This document shows positions 7,989-12,286 of a stretch of DNA of 12,286 bases, one piece after another. The position numbers were made by a program, and so were the translations under genes. How positions within the stretch are numbered: the first letter of the stretch is position 1; each line of letters begins with the position of its first letter. The notes under the pieces were generated by a model, which was given only the letters and a program-made list of their open reading frames with translations, had not been told where the DNA came from and did no database searches. Source of the stretch: Elusimicrobiota bacterium (GTDB lineage Bacteria; Elusimicrobiota; Elusimicrobia; Elusimicrobiales; UBA9959); contig DAIENX010000056.1 in the NCBI GenBank assembly GCA_027340875.1, forward strand, positions 1 to 12,286. The letters run 5' to 3'.

Positions 7989-9023
7989 CTACCAGATGAA
8001 CTGAACACCGAGACGGTGGGTGGTGCCGAGCGTGCCGTAGTCCAGGTACGCGTAGTCCACCCGGACGCCGCGCATCAGGCTGTTGCTGTCGGACAGGCGG
8101 TCGAAGTTCATGCCGAAGCCGCCGCAGACCCGCGATCCGGAGTCCTTGTGGGTCTTGTAGCCCAGCCGCAGCTGGAACATCTTCATGATATCCATCTGGA
8201 GCCCGGTGGAGGAATTATAGGACTCGTCGCGGTACTTTACCAGGTCGGAGGCCACGGTGAAGATTATGATGTCGTTGACGGTATGGAAATCCTTGGCCAC
8301 GCCGAAGCGCAGCGAGGACGGCAGCGGGGAGGACTGGGAGATGAACTTACGTCCCCCTCCCAGATTGAGCACGGAGGCGCCTACGTGAAAGTGATGCGGC
8401 AGGATCAGCGTGGCGCCTCCGTCGAAAGCTACGGAAGCCGCGGATTCTCCGGCGAGCTCCTCGCTGATGCGCTTAACAGTGCCGCCGACCGCCACGCGGT
8501 ATACCTTGGGGCGGTAGTCGCGCACCGGCTCCACCCTGGTCCACGGCGGAGTGATCAGCATCGGGTCCAGCTTGCCGGCGTCGCGCTTGAAATTGGGCCA
8601 GCTCTGCGCGAAGGAGAAGGCGAGCATGGTATGCGAGGTCGAGGTCTTGCCTATCGGCATGTCGTTCTGGTCGTAGGCGTCGATATCGCCGCTGGAAAGG
8701 GAGGAGTAGGCGGCCGCGGCCGTACCGAAAGGGAAGCGCCAGGCTACCGTCAGGTACTCCTGCTTCACCCCGATGAGGTACTGGTTGTGAGACCCGGAGA
8801 AGGAGGAGTAGCTGAGCAGGCCCAGCCCGGCGGGGTTGTACAGGATGGAATCGGGCCCCACCATGGCGGTATAGGCCTCGCCCATGGCGGAAGGGATGGA
8901 GGCCACCGGGATCTTCAGGAAATTGGCGGAGGTGGTGCCCGCCCCGGCGGCGCCGGCGGGACGCGGCCAGGCCGCTGTCAGGGCGGCTGCGCAGAAAGCG
9001 AGTATAGCGGCGCGGGTTCTCAT
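7989..9023 (-). CDS. PorV/PorQ-family (UPF0164-like, FadL-type) outer-membrane beta-barrel protein
   Basis: Signal peptide MRTRAAILAFCAAALTAAW...AGA. N-terminal family motif GTTSANFLKI...AMGEAYTAM...ILYNPAGL. Alternating beta-strand pattern, LRLGY, and C-terminal VDYAYLDYGTLGTTHRLGVQFIW ending in an aromatic residue. ATG 9023 is preferred to TTG 9029. Confidence 0.85.
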   Translation of the reverse strand: MRTRAAILAFCAAALTAAWPRPAGAAGAGTTSANFLKIPVASIPSAMGEAYTAMVGPDSILYNPAGLGLLSYSSFSGSHNQYLIGVKQEYLTVAWRFPFGTAAAAYSSLSSGDIDAYDQNDMPIGKTSTSHTMLAFSFAQSWPNFKRDAGKLDPMLITPPWTRVEPVRDYRPKVYRVAVGGTVKRISEELAGESAASVAFDGGATLILPHHFHVGASVLNLGGGRKFISQSSPLPSSLRFGVAKDFHTVNDIIIFTVASDLVKYRDESYNSSTGLQMDIMKMFQLRLGYKTHKDSGSRVCGGFGMNFDRLSDSNSLMRGVRVDYAYLDYGTLGTTHRLGVQFIW

Positions 9024-9066
9024 AAACAAGGCGCTGCCGGAGCGGTCTGCGCTCCAGCGGTATTAT

Positions 9067-9094
9067 AGTATACACTAATGACCGGGCTTTTCAA
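9067..9094 (-). promoter_or_regulatory. Putative sigma70 promoter of the PorV-like gene
   Basis: Minus strand TTGAAA (9094-9089), 16-nt spacer, TATACT (9072-9067). A second perfect TATAAT overlaps at 9067-9062. Confidence 0.5.
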
Positions 9095-9112
9095 TGACAG
9101 ATTTGTTACAGG

Positions 9113-9350
9113 GTCGCTCCGTGTTCCCCCCGCTCGCAAGAGCGGGTGCAGCGGAAGAGGACCTTGTGCCTCCGCCCGCGAAGAACTCGTCGCGCACACA
9201 GTGCGCTCCTCAGACAATCTTCGCGGCCGACCTAATGATAGGCGGTCCGCTCCGGCACTGCGGCCCTGCACCCGCAAGCTCGCGTGGGCAACACGTCGCT
9301 CCGGCACTAACCCTGCGCCGGAAAGCTCGCGCGGGGAACATGTCGCTCCG
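9113..9350. repeat. Structured intergenic element (nested inverted repeats, duplicated arm, flanking direct repeats); MITE/REP-like or ncRNA
   Basis: Perfect pairings: 9142-9151/9266-9275 (10 bp), 9176-9184/9218-9226 (9 bp), 9192-9197/9201-9206, 9122-9129/9333-9340 (8 bp). Imperfect tandem units 9248-9296 and 9297-9343. GTCGCTCCG occurs at 9113, 9295 and 9342. Confidence 0.65.
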
Positions 9351-9362
9351 CATCATCCGGAC

Positions 9363-9395
9363 AAAAAAAGAAGGGCGGGGTTGCCCCCGCCCTTC
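9363..9395 (-). terminator. Rho-independent terminator of the clostripain gene
   Basis: Minus strand GAAGGGCGGGG-GCAA-CCCCGCCCTTC-TTTTTTT: a perfect 11-bp stem, GNRA loop and U7 tail, 26 nt after the stop codon. Confidence 0.92.
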
Positions 9396-9421
9396 GGTAT
9401 GGGCCGGTGTTCAGGAACGGA

Positions 9422-10672
9422 TCACTTGATCCACTTCATGAAGTCGTCCCATTTGCTGTCCTGCGCCCACTGCAGCCCGTCGTAAGCAGAGTTGTAGGCG
9501 TTGGGCAGGTACACGGCGAGGCCGAAGGCGTTGGCGTACTTCGAACCCACGGCCCTGTTGTGCGTTATCACGCTGCCGGAGAGGAAGGACAGTATCTCCC
9601 CGCCCTTCGCCTTGACGGCCGGGTCGGACGAGGCGTCGTCCACCAGCTTGACGAAGTGATACAGGTCCTTGTTGCTGGAATAATAGAACGCCTGCGCCTT
9701 GGTGCGGGCGTTCCTGGCGGCGGCGGTGTCGCCGGAAGCCATCACGGCGGAGACCCAGCCGTCGACCATCCCGGCCAGACTGCCCAGCTCGGAGGTCTTG
9801 ACGGCCGACTGCGTGGCGCCCTGGTTTATGGACTGGTAGTGGTCGGCGTAGGAATTGACCATGACCTTGGAAAGGGCCGCGGCCTCCATCGACGGGGAGG
9901 CGGTCAGCTTGTCCAGCCAGGTGTTGTAGGTGTAGCCGTCGCCGGGCTCGGTCTCCTCGGAGGCCACGATGTAGTCGGCCCCGGAGCGCGCCTCGTAGGC
10001 GACCTCCATCATCTGCATCAGGCAGGCGTCCATCGACAGAATGTCGATCTTGCCGGTGCGCTCCAGCACCTGGCGGAGCTGCTGCGTGGTTATGTGGCGG
10101 CCGCTCTCGTCGTCGTAGGAGATGCCCTTGCCGGCGGCTCCGTCGAGCTTGCTCCAGCCGGAGCCGTGGTTCCAGATGACCAGCACGTAATGCTGGGCAG
10201 GGAACTTCTGCTGCGACCAGGCCACGAACTCGACGAGATTCTCCCAGTTGCCCATATCGGATTTGGGGATAGACATCAGGACGGGGGAAGTGATCTTGGA
10301 AGTGTTATTGTCCTTCTTTATCAGGTACCGGCGGGAACCGGTCCAGTCGCCGTCGTCCGAGGAATAGCCGCGGATGCGCCCCAGCTCCGCGACGATGTTC
10401 ACGTCCGGGGAGGACCCCACCATCTCCATCTCGTTGACGTCCTTGAGACCGAAGGACTCAAGGTTGTTCTTGGCGTTCACGTAGACCATCACGGTCCACT
10501 TCGCCTGGGCTTTCTGGTCGCCGGGGAGCGGCACTACGGCCGCCTCTGCGGATGAGCCGCGCAATTGCGCGACCAACTGCGGAACGCTGCCCTGCTGGTC
10601 GAAGGTCACCGCCGCGAACGCGCCGGTGGCCGTGGCCAGGCAGAGAAACGCGCCAAACAACTTTTTCGTCAT
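9422..10672 (-). CDS. Secreted clostripain-related cysteine peptidase (family C11)
   Basis: Signal peptide MTKKLFGAFLCLATATGAFA. C11 motifs WTVMVYVNAKNNLE, DVNEME.VGS, DMG...L..FV.W....FPA.HYVLVIWNHGSGW (catalytic His codon 10168-10166), DILSMDACLM..EVAYE (catalytic Cys codon 10024-10022), YIVASEETEPGDG, GLAVYLP and WDDF. Strong SD AGGAGGAG before the ATG. Confidence 0.92.
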   Translation of the reverse strand: MTKKLFGAFLCLATATGAFAAVTFDQQGSVPQLVAQLRGSSAEAAVVPLPGDQKAQAKWTVMVYVNAKNNLESFGLKDVNEMEMVGSSPDVNIVAELGRIRGYSSDDGDWTGSRRYLIKKDNNTSKITSPVLMSIPKSDMGNWENLVEFVAWSQQKFPAQHYVLVIWNHGSGWSKLDGAAGKGISYDDESGRHITTQQLRQVLERTGKIDILSMDACLMQMMEVAYEARSGADYIVASEETEPGDGYTYNTWLDKLTASPSMEAAALSKVMVNSYADHYQSINQGATQSAVKTSELGSLAGMVDGWVSAVMASGDTAAARNARTKAQAFYYSSNKDLYHFVKLVDDASSDPAVKAKGGEILSFLSGSVITHNRAVGSKYANAFGLAVYLPNAYNSAYDGLQWAQDSKWDDFMKWIK

Positions 10673-10716
10673 TCACTCCTCCTGTTCCGAACTTGTCTTT
10701 GTGCAGCTTCAGGCAA

Positions 10717-10745
10717 ATCCTAGTAAAAGCCCTGACGCAAGTCAA
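10717..10745 (-). promoter_or_regulatory. Putative sigma70 promoter of the clostripain gene
   Basis: Minus strand TTGACT (10745-10740), 17-nt spacer, TAGGAT (10722-10717), about 45 nt upstream of the ATG. Confidence 0.6.
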
Positions 10746-10776
10746 CTAGCGGAGGCCCTCCTGGCCGCGGACGGTA

Positions 10777-10805
10777 TTGTCCGCCGCTGGGCTACTTTAT
10801 ATAAT
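10777..10805 (+). promoter_or_regulatory. Putative sigma70 promoter of the FliF/FliG-like fusion gene
   Basis: TTGTCC (10777-10782), 17-nt spacer, TATAAT (10800-10805), followed by an AT-rich patch. Confidence 0.6.
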
Positions 10806-10857
10806 AACATGATATATATATCCATGCGGCCGTTAGTTGACCGCCGGGGGCTTATTG

Positions 10858-12286
10858 ATGCTCAGACAATACTTAAGATCCATACCGCTGCTCCTGCTGC
10901 TGTGCGCTCCTCTTGCCGCGCAGACCTCCAGCAAGACCTCCCTGGAATCCAGGCTGGCGCTGGAAAGTTCGCTCGAGAAGCGCGTGCAGATGGTCCTCTC
11001 GGAGGCCCTCGGCACGGACGACGTCATAGTGATGATCTCGGCCGAACTGCAGGAACAGAACAAGAAGGCCCTGGAGATACTCCCGGGGGTTCCGCAGAAG
11101 GACAAGATGGGGGAGCCTTCCCTTTCCAGCAGCCTTACGATGGTCAAGGAGATCTCCGCCACGCTGATACTGGACAAGAGCCTCCCGGACGAGGACGTGC
11201 AGCTGGCGCGGAAGCTGGCGGCCGGCCTGCTTGGCCTGCCCGCCGACCGCCAGGACCTGATAACCATAGAGAAGATGGACTTCCGCAAGACGAGACCGAT
11301 AAAGCCCTCCGATTTCCTGTCCCCCCCGAACCTCTGGAGCATAGTCTGGATACTGGTGGTGGCCGCCCTGGTCATATTCACCGTCTCCGCCTTCCTGTCG
11401 CCGCTCTCCAAGAGCGCTGGCGCCTTCGTCGAGGCCTTCAGCGCGAAAGCCGCCGCCGGAGAGTCCTCCGCCGCGGCGCGCTCCGAGCGCCGCGAGGAAG
11501 CGGAATCCGGGGAGTCACAGGCCAAGCAGGCAGAGACCGCGCCCCAGGTCCAGGCCATAGAGGGCCGCAAGCCCCCTTTCTGGTTCCTCTCCCCGGCCCA
11601 CCTCGGCAGCCTTGCCTTCATCATGAAGAACCGGCCGTCCGAGGACCTGACTATACTGCTCAGTTACGCGCCGGAAGAACTGGCGGTTAAGCTTTCCGAG
11701 GCGCTTTACCCCAAGAGCACGGAGGCGCTGGCCGCGCTGCCTAAGGTGGCGCTGATGCCGGAGTCACGCATCAGGGGACTGGAATCCGAGATCCTCTCCT
11801 CGCTGGATTACGTGGTGGGAGGCGAGGACAAGACCGCGGACATACTCAGCGCCCTCGATGAGTCCGTGCAGGAAAAAGCCCTGGCCGCGTTCACCCGCCT
11901 AGACCCGATGGTAGCGAAGAAGATGAAGGCCGCCGTAGTGAGGCTCTCCAACGTGGCGGACCTGTCCCCGGCCCATGCCCAGGCCCTGGCCCGCAGGCTT
12001 CCGATGCGCGTCATAGCGGCGGCGCTGAAAGGTTCCCCTTTCGCGGCTACTTTCATTGCCAAGCTCGCCGGCGGCATGCAGGACCGCCTGAAGCAGGAGC
12101 TGGAGCTCACCCGAGACCTCCCCGCCGAGGCCTACAAGGCCGACCGCGCGAAGCTCGTGGACGCGATGCGTCAGATGAGCAGGGAAGGCCTTGTCTCGCT
12201 GAAGCCCCAGGGTCCGGCCCCGGTAAGGCCTGCTGGCGCCGTGCCCCCGGCCGCCGCCAAGCCAGGCGCCGCACCGCGCCCCGCCG
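10858..12286 (+). CDS. Exported single-TM protein with a FliF/SpoIIIAG-like ring domain and FliG middle + C-terminal domains (FliF-FliG-like fusion); 3'-truncated and absent from the ORF track
   Basis: Hand translation of frame 1 from ATG 10858 (GGGGG 7 nt upstream; in-frame TAG at 10834) gives at least 476 codons with no stop and strongly GC3-biased codons. Segments: MLRQYLRSIPLLLLLCAPLAA/Q (signal); LESSLEKRVQMVLSEALGTDDVIVMISAEL; VKEISATLILD..LPDEDVQLARKLAAGLLGLPADRQDLITIEKMDF; LWSIVWILVVAALVIFTVSAFL (TM); PPFWFL...LAFIMKNRPSEDLTILLSY; GGEDKTADILSALDESVQEKAL...DPMVAKKMK; IAAALKG...RLKQELE...MRQMSREGLVSL; then a Pro/Ala-rich tail. Confidence 0.85.
   Translation, partial: MLRQYLRSIPLLLLLCAPLAAQTSSKTSLESRLALESSLEKRVQMVLSEALGTDDVIVMISAELQEQNKKALEILPGVPQKDKMGEPSLSSSLTMVKEISATLILDKSLPDEDVQLARKLAAGLLGLPADRQDLITIEKMDFRKTRPIKPSDFLSPPNLWSIVWILVVAALVIFTVSAFLSPLSKSAGAFVEAFSAKAAAGESSAAARSERREEAESGESQAKQAETAPQVQAIEGRKPPFWFLSPAHLGSLAFIMKNRPSEDLTILLSYAPEELAVKLSEALYPKSTEALAALPKVALMPESRIRGLESEILSSLDYVVGGEDKTADILSALDESVQEKALAAFTRLDPMVAKKMKAAVVRLSNVADLSPAHAQALARRLPMRVIAAALKGSPFAATFIAKLAGGMQDRLKQELELTRDLPAEAYKADRAKLVDAMRQMSREGLVSLKPQGPAPVRPAGAVPPAAAKPGAAPRPA

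Noticed and set aside
7827..9068. 413-aa + strand ORF, and the 200-aa minus ORF 8473-9075
   Set aside because: Antisense or alternative-frame shadows of the PorV-like gene, which has a signal peptide, family motif and terminal aromatic residue.
9248..9350. Possible mini-CRISPR array (CGCTCCG recurring every 47-49 bp)
   Set aside because: The intervening sequences resemble each other instead of being unique spacers, the period is too short, and no cas genes are present.
9113..9350. Assignment to a known RNA (tRNA, SRP, 6S, tmRNA, RNase P, named riboswitch)
   Set aside because: I could not find the diagnostic motifs of any of these by eye. An Rfam/Infernal search is needed.
9020..9485. Short ORFs across the intergenic element (9020-9307 -, 9078-9485 +, 9094-9429 +)
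   Set aside because: No SD and atypical composition. They run through promoter, palindromic or terminator sequence, which is better explained as non-coding structure.
9407..10555. 382-aa + strand ORF
   Set aside because: Antisense shadow of the clostripain gene.
10626..11690. 354-aa + ORF and minus ORFs 10833-11624 and 11808-12110
   Set aside because: Wrong frame or strand. Frame 1 from 10858 has the typical codon bias, a signal peptide, a TM helix and FliF/FliG-like motifs, and was omitted only because it has no stop in the window.
10858..12286. Naming the gene fliG or fliF
   Set aside because: The architecture (signal peptide, TM, no FliG-N, degenerate motifs) differs from either canonical protein, so no symbol was given.

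Overview
GC-rich bacterial chromosomal window, probably from a diderm. Elusimicrobiota-like gene content is my inference, not a demonstrated assignment. Left to right: (1) the 3' part of a membrane-fused spermidine-synthase-like gene (+, runs off the left edge); (2) convergent with it, a tightly packed minus-strand run ispA - dxs - LOG-family protein - AmmeMemoRadiSam radical SAM enzyme - fused AmmeMemoRadiSam B(Memo)+A(AMMECR1) protein; (3) a PorV/PorQ-like outer-membrane beta-barrel gene (-); (4) a ~240-bp structured intergenic element with nested inverted repeats, a duplicated right arm and flanking 8-9-bp direct repeats; (5) a secreted clostripain-family (C11) protease (-) with a clear intrinsic terminator; (6) divergently, a + strand gene missing from the supplied ORF track (ATG 10858, open to the right edge). 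That last gene is the most interesting item. By manual motif alignment it is a single polypeptide with a signal peptide, a minimal FliF/SpoIIIAG-type ring domain, one TM helix and FliG middle and C-terminal domains. It looks like a natural FliF-FliG-like fusion with degenerate switch and torque motifs, and no other flagellar gene lies in the window. Both AmmeMemoRadiSam proteins also carry N-terminal export or anchor-like segments. All family assignments come from motif recognition by eye; no database search was run.
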